A program made the translations under genes and the position numbers. Shown in pieces: positions 9,685-19,539 of a stretch of 64,000 bases of DNA. This stretch comes from Candidatus Falkowbacteria bacterium (GTDB lineage: Bacteria > Patescibacteriota > Patescibacteriia > UBA11705 > JABHMO01): NCBI GenBank assembly GCA_018674305.1, contig JABHAL010000004.1, forward strand, positions 446 through 64,445, given 5' to 3'. How positions within the stretch are numbered: position 1 is the stretch's first letter; each line of letters begins with the position of its first letter. The notes below the pieces were generated by a model, which saw only the letters and a list, made by a program, of their open reading frames with translations, had not been told where the DNA came from and made no database searches.

Positions 9685-11610
9685 TTATTCAACCAAAACA
9701 TCCTGTTCCAAAACCTCATCTGTAGATTTTACCAAGTCACTGATTAATTTAATCCACAACTTTTCTTCCACCGTGCTTAAATTTTCTTTACTTGTCATTA
9801 CTCTATAAATATCGGATTTAGCATTACCCTGAATAATTAAATCCTGATTTTTGAAGTAAATTTTACCCAAGCACTTATTTAGGATTGGTGAATTGTACTG
9901 TTTTGTGAATAGACTGGTGCCCCAAAAATTTTCTCGTGGTACATAATCAGACTGTTCAATCAAATTTAAAATAGTTGGAGAAATATCCATGTGACTGGCT
10001 TGCGTAACGATTTCCCCCTTGAACCCTTGCGGAAAAACAATGGTCATCGGAAGCTGATTATAAGAATCAAAAACTAGTTGTTCATTACTACCATCAAAAC
10101 TATAATATCTATGATCACTATAAATAACCACAATTGTATTTTTATCTAACCCTTTATTTTTCAAGCTGATCATCAAATTTTCCAAAGCGTCGTCAGAAGA
10201 TTTCAGGAAACCAAAGAATAAACGCATTTGCTCTTCATTTATTTCCGAACTGTTAACCAACCAAGGATTAATTTTTCCGACAAAAGGTTTTATTTCTAAA
10301 TTATTGGCATCTAATTGATAGTCAATTTGTTCCTGGTCATGAGGAGCATGAGAAGTAAAACTCAAAACATATCCGAAGAATGGTTTTGATTCTTTATTTA
10401 ATTCAGTCAAAGCTCGCTGAAAAACTTGGTCATCATTTAACTTTTGCCTTAAATCAGGCGCAAAATATGTATTATCAAAGCCCCACCGAGGAATCAAAGT
10501 TTCACGATCCCAAAATTCCGGTACATTAGAATGAAAAAAATGGGTTGAATAATTGTAATCATCCTTCAAAATTTCTGGCAAACAGTTAAATTTATTTTCT
10601 TTATGAGAATAACCAATTGGCTCAAATGAATTTGGCCAAAAACTACACAAAGAAGCAAACTCAGCGTTTATGGTTTCACAACTATTTGCATGAAAATCGC
10701 CAATCGTAACATTGTTCTGCATTAATTTTTTGAGATATGGCATTGGTGACGGATCATTATCAACAGCCCAACTGCCGACCGACTCCAACTGTACAACTAA
10801 AATATTTGGACGCTCCTTGAACTTCGGTAAATATAATTGGCTCTCTGTCTCTGGGTTGAATTTTTTAATCTCCAACCAACTATCCTCAGCAACTTGCAAT
10901 GCTGTGCGATCATCATCCTGATTGTCATCTTTGTTTTTGGCATTCGCATAAAGCTGAGAATAAAAATGACCCAAAAACCCCACATCTGAAAGTTGTTTTT
11001 TTATATCCCACCAGGTTTCTCTAGGATTATTATATAAATATGAACAAGTGCTAAAAGCCACTGTGTTAATAATCGCAAAAACAACAATCAAAAACACCAA
11101 ATTACGCATTGGGCGTTTTTTATAATGAAAAATTAGTTTTAATGGCTGTGAATTAAAAAGTAAGTGCTCAACCTTTTTATCTATAATAAGTAAATATACT
11201 ATTGAGTTTAATATTGCTGCCAAATATACTACTATTGCTAAAACATACAATTTAACTGGCACCAAGCTAGCAAAATCTTGCAAAAAAGTAATCATACTTA
11301 AGTCCAGCTGAGAAGCCTGGCGCATACTAAAATCTACAAAAGATTTAAATACTCCGAAATATGCAAAGTTAAACAATGAAACTAAATATACTGCTCCCAA
11401 AAATAATAAGCTGAGCGCCCTCCACCAACGAAAACGTAAAAAATTAAACATCAAAAAATAACTCAAAGTAGCGATCGAAACAAAAAATAAATGCAACCAG
11501 GTGAAACTAAAATCTAATAATGAAAAGTAAATAAAAAAGTATATTACATTAAAAAAAAGTAATATGAAGTAAAAAATTACTGCTATTATTAACCTCCTTT
11601 GATTAAGCAT
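9685..11610 (-). CDS. LtaS-like/sulfatase-family membrane protein (alkaline-phosphatase superfamily phosphoglycerol transferase)
   Basis: 641 aa. Multi-TM N-terminus plus an extracytoplasmic sulfatase-like domain. Confidence 0.55.
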   Translation of the reverse strand: MLNQRRLIIAVIFYFILLFFNVIYFFIYFSLLDFSFTWLHLFFVSIATLSYFLMFNFLRFRWWRALSLLFLGAVYLVSLFNFAYFGVFKSFVDFSMRQASQLDLSMITFLQDFASLVPVKLYVLAIVVYLAAILNSIVYLLIIDKKVEHLLFNSQPLKLIFHYKKRPMRNLVFLIVVFAIINTVAFSTCSYLYNNPRETWWDIKKQLSDVGFLGHFYSQLYANAKNKDDNQDDDRTALQVAEDSWLEIKKFNPETESQLYLPKFKERPNILVVQLESVGSWAVDNDPSPMPYLKKLMQNNVTIGDFHANSCETINAEFASLCSFWPNSFEPIGYSHKENKFNCLPEILKDDYNYSTHFFHSNVPEFWDRETLIPRWGFDNTYFAPDLRQKLNDDQVFQRALTELNKESKPFFGYVLSFTSHAPHDQEQIDYQLDANNLEIKPFVGKINPWLVNSSEINEEQMRLFFGFLKSSDDALENLMISLKNKGLDKNTIVVIYSDHRYYSFDGSNEQLVFDSYNQLPMTIVFPQGFKGEIVTQASHMDISPTILNLIEQSDYVPRENFWGTSLFTKQYNSPILNKCLGKIYFKNQDLIIQGNAKSDIYRVMTSKENLSTVEEKLWIKLISDLVKSTDEVLEQDVLVE

Positions 11611-12682
11611 TATTATCTAAGTGTAATAAAAAGTCTTGTACTGTTTGATAAAACCGTTTTAATCCGAGTAACGAGACCCATTCATTTTTTTTATGATTAC
11701 CAGAACCAGTTGGTTGGAAATTAATTGCCGGAATATTGTAGGCTGACAAATACCGAGCATCAGAAGAGCCAAACTGTTTTGTAAATGGCAGCTCTTTGGC
11801 AAAATGCTTTTCGGCAGTAGATTTAAATGCTTGCAAATATTCATTATCTGGCTCAATATTAAAAACATCAGCTGCGACACCACACTCACACTCAATTCCC
11901 TGCTCATTAATGCACGAAAAATAACTCTTAATTTTCTCCTTATCATCCATTGAATAATAACGAAAATCCAACTCCATTTCTGCCCACTCAGGGATAGAAT
12001 TAAACTTATCTCCTCCTCGCATAACCCCAAGGTTAACAGTTAATCCAAAATCTTGATATTCATTTTTTATCTGTAAGTCATTTAACAATGTCTGATATAA
12101 CTGGTATAGCTTTTCGACTTGATTCTCACCTTCCCATGGCCTTGATGAATGGCCACCAGTACCACGAGATTTTAATTTATAAATACTCACACCTTTTTCA
12201 GCAATGACAATACTGTCACCAAATCCCCCGTCCGGAACAACCGCGACTTTAGCAGTATAACCAGCTTCCAAAACTTTATTTAAACCATTTTGCCCACCAA
12301 CTTCTTCATCAGGAACTAAAACCAAAGCAACTTTTAAATTATTTAAACCAACCTTTTTAATTAATTCAACTTCAACAGCAATGGACGCCTTCATATCAAA
12401 TCCACCACGACCCAGTAATTTACCTTCATTCACTTTGGGCTTGAAACTTTCGACTTCTCCAGGAACCACGTCCAAATGACCATATAAAAATACGTCAAAA
12501 TCTTTGACTAAATGTCGACTTATAACATATGAAGTAAATCCTTCGGATTCAATTGTTTGCACTTGAAAATCAGCGCCCAAATAATCAATAATAACTTGGG
12601 CACAAAGTTTTACTTTGGCTTGATCTTGTGTCACTGAAGGCACTGCCATTAATTGTTTAGCTAAATCTAAATAGTCTGTCAT
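11603..12682 (-). CDS. M20-family metallopeptidase (ArgE/DapE-like)
   Basis: 359 aa. Motifs GHLDVVP, GRGGFDMK, DEEVGG. Confidence 0.7.
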   Translation of the reverse strand: MTDYLDLAKQLMAVPSVTQDQAKVKLCAQVIIDYLGADFQVQTIESEGFTSYVISRHLVKDFDVFLYGHLDVVPGEVESFKPKVNEGKLLGRGGFDMKASIAVEVELIKKVGLNNLKVALVLVPDEEVGGQNGLNKVLEAGYTAKVAVVPDGGFGDSIVIAEKGVSIYKLKSRGTGGHSSRPWEGENQVEKLYQLYQTLLNDLQIKNEYQDFGLTVNLGVMRGGDKFNSIPEWAEMELDFRYYSMDDKEKIKSYFSCINEQGIECECGVAADVFNIEPDNEYLQAFKSTAEKHFAKELPFTKQFGSSDARYLSAYNIPAINFQPTGSGNHKKNEWVSLLGLKRFYQTVQDFLLHLDNNA

Positions 12683-12721
12683 ATATTTATTAGGGACAAA
12701 GGTTCAGGAGCCTTATTTTTT

Positions 12722-13759
12722 TTAACTATACGTCGCAACAACTTGATCAACTTTTTTTAATATTCTCCGATTATCTTGACGAGGATATTTCTTTACTTTT
12801 CTTCTATATTTCGGTAAACTCTTTAAGAATTTTTTAATTGTAATCATATCAAGTTGATCAGCATGCAAACCATAACCTGATTTCTCAATATACAAAGCAT
12901 TCAAAATTTGTTCAAACTGCGATCGTACTGGCCAGGCTAAATATGGTTTTCCCAAATGCAAAGCTTCACCAATTAAAGTAAACCCTGTATTGGCAATTAC
13001 GGCCTTAGAATTTGCCAAATCTAGGAAAAACTTATCTTTGCTTGGTTTTTTGAATAAAAGATTTTTTTGTTTGCCTTCTTTATTAAATCCATAACAAATA
13101 AATTTGCAATTCACCTCCAGCAATACTTTTTCCAAATCGTGACTTGGAGAAGTTACATAAACTAATATATAATCACCTTGCTTTGGTTTAGCTTGTAAAA
13201 CTTCTGATCTCAAAATTGGTGAAAATACAAAAGTTTTTTTATTCTTAGGCTTGGTTTTGAAAAATGATATTACTAGATTAATTTTCGTATTAAAAATTAA
13301 AAGTTTTGTAACGGCCTTAGCCAGAGTTGCGTCTTTTTCATGTTCCCGCGGATATTTTACGATTGTATCAGTTAGGGCATGTTGATTATCAATAGAAACT
13401 AACGGTACTCTCTTTAAATTTGCAGCGATACAAGCCAACGGCTCGAAATCAGTGATAATTAGATCCGGTTTAAAACTATTAATCAACTTTAGAATCTTTT
13501 GTAAACTAGCTTTTGCTTGTGGCAAACGTAAAGCGTTCTTATATACTGTCGGCAAAATTCGGACTTGATTATCATGGTAATCAAAAGTTAAACCAAAAAT
13601 CTTTTCAACTTTAAAAAACTTTTTTAACAAATCATAACCTTGATTATACGAGAGTATTTTCAATTCATGCCCCTCTCCCACCAAATGAGCAATAATTTCT
13701 TTTGATCTGGAACCATGACCAGCGCCCTGGCCGGCCAAGCTGTAAATAATTTTTGCCAT
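12722..13759 (-). CDS. GT-B glycosyltransferase (MurG/GT28-like)
   Basis: 345 aa. N-terminal GQGAGHGSR glycine-rich loop. Confidence 0.45.
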   Translation of the reverse strand: MAKIIYSLAGQGAGHGSRSKEIIAHLVGEGHELKILSYNQGYDLLKKFFKVEKIFGLTFDYHDNQVRILPTVYKNALRLPQAKASLQKILKLINSFKPDLIITDFEPLACIAANLKRVPLVSIDNQHALTDTIVKYPREHEKDATLAKAVTKLLIFNTKINLVISFFKTKPKNKKTFVFSPILRSEVLQAKPKQGDYILVYVTSPSHDLEKVLLEVNCKFICYGFNKEGKQKNLLFKKPSKDKFFLDLANSKAVIANTGFTLIGEALHLGKPYLAWPVRSQFEQILNALYIEKSGYGLHADQLDMITIKKFLKSLPKYRRKVKKYPRQDNRRILKKVDQVVATYS

Positions 13760-13765
13760 ATTTCT

Positions 13766-14782
13766 TTATTTTTTAAAACGCCCTCGAATAAATCGATATA
13801 AACCGAGTTTTATGGGCATATAAACTTTTTCATAGGTGCCAATATACTCAGTAATTTCTGCATCTGGAGAAAAGCCCATTTTGAATTTGGTAAACCCTGC
13901 CCATTTGGACTCTCTGCCCTCAGCTCCAGCTGGGGCAGCTCCCCAAAAATCATAAAACCATAAACCATCATCTTTTGCATCTTTAATCGCCTGCCACTGA
14001 AGTAAATGCGGGGCCATTAAATTACGATATTCATAATCCGAAGCTCCAAATAAATATGTTACCGTATCATTCCAGAAAACCATTATGTTCGCCGCAATAA
14101 CTTTACCTTCATGTTTAGCAAAATATAGTTTCACAAATGGCAATTCTAATAATTTTTTGTAATACTCTTGAGAGTAAAAAGTTATTCCTTGACGTTGTGT
14201 AGTTTTTTTAAGTAGTTCATAAAACTCCTTGAACTTGCTATTGTCAACTTCAACTTCAACTCCCTTTTTTCTGGCTAAATTAATATTGTAACGCGTTTTT
14301 TGATGCATACCAGCTAAAATTTCTTCTTCTTTCTGACGAATATCTAAAATTAATGTGTGGCGAGGCTGGATATCTGATTCAGATTTTTCAAACCCTTTTT
14401 CTGATAAAACATTCGCCCATTCTTGATCATTTGTGTATGGATCAACTTGCAAATACAAACATTTATTGTACTTAGCCAATTTATCAATTTCCTGCATTAT
14501 TAATTGGAGAATTTTATCTTTGCCAACTGTCGCCTGATCATTAATAACTGGGCCACGCGGGGAATACAAAATTGATTGATTAATCTTTAATATTGTTTTG
14601 AATACAAATATTGAAGCTACCCAAGTATCGCCCTCAGTTATTACAAAACGCCAGACCTGGTCTTTTTGAGTCGCCATAAATTCGCTCCATTCCCAGGATT
14701 GTAAAAATGAACCTCCCTCGTTGGTACGGATAAATTCATTCCATTTTTGTTTATCATTAATTGTGGCTTCGCGAATTTGCAT
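13766..14782 (-). CDS. FemAB-family peptidoglycan interpeptide bridge aminoacyltransferase
   Basis: 338 aa. The N-terminal GGSFLQSWEWSEF signature is typical of FemX/FemAB. Confidence 0.7.
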   Translation of the reverse strand: MQIREATINDKQKWNEFIRTNEGGSFLQSWEWSEFMATQKDQVWRFVITEGDTWVASIFVFKTILKINQSILYSPRGPVINDQATVGKDKILQLIMQEIDKLAKYNKCLYLQVDPYTNDQEWANVLSEKGFEKSESDIQPRHTLILDIRQKEEEILAGMHQKTRYNINLARKKGVEVEVDNSKFKEFYELLKKTTQRQGITFYSQEYYKKLLELPFVKLYFAKHEGKVIAANIMVFWNDTVTYLFGASDYEYRNLMAPHLLQWQAIKDAKDDGLWFYDFWGAAPAGAEGRESKWAGFTKFKMGFSPDAEITEYIGTYEKVYMPIKLGLYRFIRGRFKK

Positions 14783-14786
14783 ATAA

Positions 14787-15362
14787 CTAAATATTTTTTA
14801 ATACTTCCCTCACCTTTTCACTCACATCTTTTATACTCGGATCAACTTTTTTCAATGCTTCCTTGGATTGATACACTGAATAGCCCAACGAAACCAAAGC
14901 TTCAATCACCTCTGTATCTTCTCCCATTTCTTCCCTAGACTTGAGGCCATCCAATTTAACTGAAGCAGTAATTTTATTTTTTAATTCTAATACAATTCGC
15001 TCAGCAGTTTTCGCTCCAATACCAGAAACTCGTTTCAAAACTGAAGCATCGCCATTCACAATTGCAGAAACAATATCACCAACACTAGCTTCAGTAAATA
15101 CGCCTAAAGCAGTTTTAGGACCAATCCCGGAAATTGAAATTAATTGCTCAAACAACTTTAGCTCTTCGTATTTTACAAATCCAAAAAGTAGTAATGCGTC
15201 CTCTCTCACATGCTGATATGTATACAATTCAACGTCATTACCTATTTTTACATTTAACAAAACTTCCGCTGGAACAAAAACCTTGTATCCGATTCCGTTA
15301 TTCTCCACGACCAGGAAAGTACCATCTTTTTGTTTGATTTTACCACTAATAAATGCAATCAT
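14787..15362 (-). CDS. ruvA: Holliday junction branch migration protein RuvA
   Basis: 191 aa. HhH motifs ISGIGPKTA / SGIGAKTA and an OB-like N-terminal domain. Confidence 0.9.
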   Translation of the reverse strand: MIAFISGKIKQKDGTFLVVENNGIGYKVFVPAEVLLNVKIGNDVELYTYQHVREDALLLFGFVKYEELKLFEQLISISGIGPKTALGVFTEASVGDIVSAIVNGDASVLKRVSGIGAKTAERIVLELKNKITASVKLDGLKSREEMGEDTEVIEALVSLGYSVYQSKEALKKVDPSIKDVSEKVREVLKNI

Positions 15363-15427
15363 AATTCATTCTTTGTTATTCTTACGTCATAATCAATGAT
15401 ACCGTATTTTCTCTAAAATTTCAACTA

Positions 15428-15466
15428 CAAAAAAACTCCGCTGTTTACTAACAACGGAGTTGTATG
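15428..15466. terminator. Intrinsic terminator (ctccgctgtttactaacaacggag plus T-run on the minus strand)
   Basis: Hairpin immediately downstream of the minus-strand gene 15469..15933. Confidence 0.6.
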
Positions 15467-15468
15467 TT

Positions 15469-15933
15469 TTATTTCAATACCCACCTATCTGGGTATTTCT
15501 TGGTTGGTCTTATCATTGCTCGAAGCCCAAGAACAGCCGCAAGAACAGGAACAAATCCTTGCACAGTAAACCTCAAATTACCCTTTAATTCTGGATCATA
15601 TTGCCTGAAACGGTTACTCAAAATCGACTTGACCCATCGGCCACTTTTAAAGAGCCAAATTCTTTGCCTTCCCCGAAAAAACTGCAAACATTCCTTATCA
15701 TCATAATCATAAATAATCACATCACCCGCCTGAAGACCAGTCGCAGCAAATGGAGCTTTATCCATAATCTTCATTCCAAACGGAAGATCTGGCTTTGTCT
15801 TTTCGCCTCCACCATTTTTTATCTCGCCGCAATGAGGACAACAGTTCTCTATATCTTTGTACTCTGTAAAGCATTTCCAACAAACAATCATTCGCACCAT
15901 GATAAGTTCCTCCAGTCCATGAGAAAAGGCCAT
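15469..15933 (-). CDS. Hypothetical protein with a C4 zinc ribbon
   Basis: 154 aa, CWKC...CPHC. Confidence 0.4.
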   Translation of the reverse strand: MAFSHGLEELIMVRMIVCWKCFTEYKDIENCCPHCGEIKNGGGEKTKPDLPFGMKIMDKAPFAATGLQAGDVIIYDYDDKECLQFFRGRQRIWLFKSGRWVKSILSNRFRQYDPELKGNLRFTVQGFVPVLAAVLGLRAMIRPTKKYPDRWVLK

Positions 15934-16071
15934 TAATTACATTTAAACCTACCATCTATAAATCATTTTGTCAATATTGATTATTTGTGTTTCCTTGCGA
16001 GGAATCTCGGGCAAGTCGAAGGATGACGAAGTAAAAAAATCCCAGCCAAAATGCAGGCTGAGATTTATTTT

Positions 16072-16446
16072 TCATGAAGCAAAGTACCAAGTCGCATTAT
16101 TCGTAATAATCAGAGCGATTTGTTTCAATAATTCAGGAGGAATCACCCGCTCTCTGTCCGTTAATGAACAATCGTTATTTACAGCCCAAGCAGCATCCTG
16201 CCTCATCGTACGTAACGATCTTTCACGATATCGGCCACCACCAATGCATTGTTCAAGAGTAAACCCAAGCGCTTTTTTGATTTTGTAAAATGGAGCTAGA
16301 TGAAACATATGCCCCGCTTCATCAATAATCAACGTTAACTTTCCACTTCCATCATCATACAGAAGAAAAACACCATTCGTTTTGTCCCGCATGGTAGGAT
16401 TAAAAAATCTTATCTCTCCGCTCTTTTTCACTGCCTTAACATTCAT
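16072..16446 (-). CDS. Hypothetical protein
   Basis: 124-aa ORF in line with the operon. No recognisable motif. Confidence 0.35.
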   Translation of the reverse strand: MNVKAVKKSGEIRFFNPTMRDKTNGVFLLYDDGSGKLTLIIDEAGHMFHLAPFYKIKKALGFTLEQCIGGGRYRERSLRTMRQDAAWAVNNDCSLTDRERVIPPELLKQIALIITNNATWYFAS

Positions 16447-16459
16447 TTCATTCTCCCTG

Positions 16460-17821
16460 TTAAATTATTTTCAACTTTCTTCTTAACAAAGTATGTTCTG
16501 GTAATTCTTTTTCTATTGGTAAATATATATTTTTATCTTGCCCACCATGAGCTTCGGAAATTTCATTTTTCTCTTCATCTAATATTTTTTCAACCTTATA
16601 TTTTAAATTTTCTCCGACAGGAACCACAAATTCAACGTCATCTCCAACTTTGATCTGATTATGAACTTTCACACATGCCATTTTGTGGTTGGCAGACTGG
16701 GCAGAATTTAATTTTGCCCCGACCTCAATTACTTGCCCACAAAATTCCCAATCACAATCTTCATGACATTTATCAATTTTTTGTTCACACTCATCTTTAC
16801 CAAATAAAAATCCGGCTGTGAATCCTCGGTTTTGGGCTTTTTTCAATTCAACTAAATATTTCTCATTATCTTTATTCTTTATTCTTTGATCCTTCCCCTT
16901 TCCTTGATATTTGCCCTTTGATTCTTGCTCCTTAAGCGCGTCAATGGCGCGACGATAAACGCGCGTAGTGTTGCCAACATAATATATACTTTTCGCGCGT
17001 CCTTCAATCTTGAATGACATTACTCCTGCATCTTTTAATTCCTGCAAATGCTCAACTAAACATAAATCTTTAGAATTCATAATATAACTACCATGTTGAT
17101 CTTCTTCTATTATTAATAAATCATCCGGCCGCTTCATTTCTTCAATAATTACTTTTTGTATTTCTTTCTTTTTTTCTTTTTTAATTTTATATTGCCATCT
17201 ACACGGTTGAGTGCAATCTCCTAAATTGGCACTACGATCATTAAAATATTTTGACAATAAACAACGACCAGAATAAGACATGCACATTGCGCCATGAACA
17301 AAAGTTTCCAGTTCCACTTCCGGAACCTTAGCGTGAATTTCTTTAATTTCTTCAAGTGTTACTTCGCGACCGAGAATAATTCGCTTCACTCCCTGGTCAT
17401 ACCAAAATTTTGCTGATTGCCAGTTTGTACAATTGGCCTGAGTGGACAAATGAATTGCAATACCTGGTTTACCATCCGAAGCTTTAGCGTAGGATGGCCA
17501 AATATTTTTCACGACCGACAACACACCAGGATCGGAAATAATCAAACCATCGGGCTTTAGTTGCTTTAATTTATCAATATATTTATCTAAATTTAGCAAA
17601 TGCTTATTATGAGCATAGATATTAATTGTTACATAAACCTTTTTACCTAAAGCATGAGCATACTCAATTCCTTCACTTAATTTAGCCAAATCGAACTGGT
17701 TAATTCTAACACGTAAAGAAAAATCTGGCAGACCACAATAAACTGCATCTGCACCAAAGGCAAATGCTATTTTTAGCTTGTTTAAGTCGCCTGCTGGGGC
17801 TAATAATTCAATTTGTTTCAT
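16460..17821 (-). CDS. Peptidase U32 family (collagenase-like, PrtC/RlhA-type) with a C-terminal extension
   Basis: N-terminus MKQIELLAPAGDL plus the U32 core. The start was adjusted to MKQ. Confidence 0.75.
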   Translation of the reverse strand: MKQIELLAPAGDLNKLKIAFAFGADAVYCGLPDFSLRVRINQFDLAKLSEGIEYAHALGKKVYVTINIYAHNKHLLNLDKYIDKLKQLKPDGLIISDPGVLSVVKNIWPSYAKASDGKPGIAIHLSTQANCTNWQSAKFWYDQGVKRIILGREVTLEEIKEIHAKVPEVELETFVHGAMCMSYSGRCLLSKYFNDRSANLGDCTQPCRWQYKIKKEKKKEIQKVIIEEMKRPDDLLIIEEDQHGSYIMNSKDLCLVEHLQELKDAGVMSFKIEGRAKSIYYVGNTTRVYRRAIDALKEQESKGKYQGKGKDQRIKNKDNEKYLVELKKAQNRGFTAGFLFGKDECEQKIDKCHEDCDWEFCGQVIEVGAKLNSAQSANHKMACVKVHNQIKVGDDVEFVVPVGENLKYKVEKILDEEKNEISEAHGGQDKNIYLPIEKELPEHTLLRRKLKII

Positions 17822-17874
17822 ATAACCTAATTTTAGCAGAAATATACAATAATTCAAGTCCTTATTGAAAAACA

Positions 17875-17903
17875 TTGACAAATCTAATAAAATAAGCTAT
17901 AAT
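17875..17903 (+). promoter_or_regulatory. Consensus sigma70 promoter TTGACA-17-TATAAT
   Basis: ttgacaaatctaataaaataagctataat read directly. It lies ~50 nt upstream of the MEPTT start, which has a GGGGGAAAG RBS. Confidence 0.7.
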
Positions 17904-17950
17904 AGAACCTTATAATATTGAACATTTACATTTTATTTTTGGGGGAAAGA

Positions 17951-19471
17951 ATGGAACCGACAACAAGATACGTACTGGTCAATCACGGAGGACCGGATAC
18001 AGACTCTGCTGTAATTAGTTATCTTTGGCACCTTACTTACAAGAAAAGAATCGGCGCTGAAGACGTGGAGTATGTTTTTGTTCCTTCAGGCAAAAGACTA
18101 GAACCACATCTGGTTGAGCCTGGCGACATCGTATTTCATTTGGACACTGGGTATCGCTTTGATCCCGGGACAAATGATTATGATCATCATCAGGATCGAA
18201 AACGCTGGCCAAGTGCAGCTCGAACTATGTTTGAAACATTTACCAAACTGCAAGAAGATCCTATCATCGCAGAGATGGTGGACCTAGCCGATCGAGTTGA
18301 TAGTGGCAACACTGTTAATCAAGAAGATCCCGATGCTCGTTCGACTCGACAAAGTTTCAACGGGGAAGTTACATCTTTCAACACTGGACGAGAAGATAGC
18401 CCAGTTATTCTGATCACCGAACAATCAGGCCCTTGGCAAATTGTAGACCTACTGTCCAACATGGAAGTAGAAAGTAACGAACTCCAAGATCGAGACAAAC
18501 TGATTGTCAGTATGATGATGTTGGAGTCCTGGTACAACAACGAAAAGAAGAGACGGGAAACCAAACAGGCTGACTTCAAGCCGACTCTGGATATTGAAAT
18601 ATTTGATCGTGTAGCTGCCACATTTATCCAGCTTGTTGCTAAAGATAAATGGCTCTATGATGTTGACTTCCGAGAAGTAGAAGATTCTTACATGAGAGCC
18701 ACCCAGGATCGTTTCACTAGCATGACGGAAGCTGCTTTCCAAAGCTTTCAGCATATCCAAGGAGAACCAGTTTTTGAAGAACTTGTATATTTGGTAAATC
18801 TGCTTCGCACATCGAACTCCACGGTTAACAAGAGTGAAGAAGCGGATATGTTCAAAACTCAACTAACTGAGATGTTAGCCGAGTTTAACCAAGGACGTGA
18901 TCATAAAGTTATCCCAATCACCCTTCGAAAGGGACCCTGGGAGGTGGCTGAACTATTTCCAAGTGAGGGATATAGCTTAACTGCCAGAATTCTGTCTGGC
19001 TTGATTATGTTCAAAGCTTGGTACAACAAAAAAACCGTACGAAAAAGAATCAACACTCTGCTAAGTACATCAAACTGGTTTGAGTATAGCGGAATTAAGT
19101 ACGTAGTTGTTCCTGAAACTACTTTTACCACCAAGGTAATTCGTTACCAACTCCGCCGCTATCTTCGCGATGAAGTTGATGTAGCGATAGTGACCTATCT
19201 GGAGTGCGGTACTGGGAAAAAAAGCATTGGCATTACCAGAGTCCAAGATGACGTTGTCAACGGAATGGACGATCTATATCACCAGCTCAAACGAATTGAT
19301 CCACGAGCTGATGTATTCATGTTTCGACCTTCCAAGTTTGTCATTTACATCAAGGACAAGCTAGATATCCTGACGCCACAACGAGTTAGCCAGGAAACAG
19401 TCCGAACGCTGAAACCACTCATTGAGTACTCCGATCACAACTCGGAAAACGCCTTAGCGGTTTCTTCGTGA
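17951..19471 (+). CDS. Large hypothetical protein with N-terminal DHH-phosphoesterase-like motifs
   Basis: NHGGPDTDSAV, LDTG and YDHHQD resemble DHH motifs I-III. No DHHA1 GGGH was found. Confidence 0.4.
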   Translation: MEPTTRYVLVNHGGPDTDSAVISYLWHLTYKKRIGAEDVEYVFVPSGKRLEPHLVEPGDIVFHLDTGYRFDPGTNDYDHHQDRKRWPSAARTMFETFTKLQEDPIIAEMVDLADRVDSGNTVNQEDPDARSTRQSFNGEVTSFNTGREDSPVILITEQSGPWQIVDLLSNMEVESNELQDRDKLIVSMMMLESWYNNEKKRRETKQADFKPTLDIEIFDRVAATFIQLVAKDKWLYDVDFREVEDSYMRATQDRFTSMTEAAFQSFQHIQGEPVFEELVYLVNLLRTSNSTVNKSEEADMFKTQLTEMLAEFNQGRDHKVIPITLRKGPWEVAELFPSEGYSLTARILSGLIMFKAWYNKKTVRKRINTLLSTSNWFEYSGIKYVVVPETTFTTKVIRYQLRRYLRDEVDVAIVTYLECGTGKKSIGITRVQDDVVNGMDDLYHQLKRIDPRADVFMFRPSKFVIYIKDKLDILTPQRVSQETVRTLKPLIEYSDHNSENALAVSS

Positions 19472-19539
19472 CAAAGTAAATATTTCTAACCATAAAGGAC
19501 ATAGTCTCATTGCAGACTATGTCCTTTTCTTTTTTAAAC

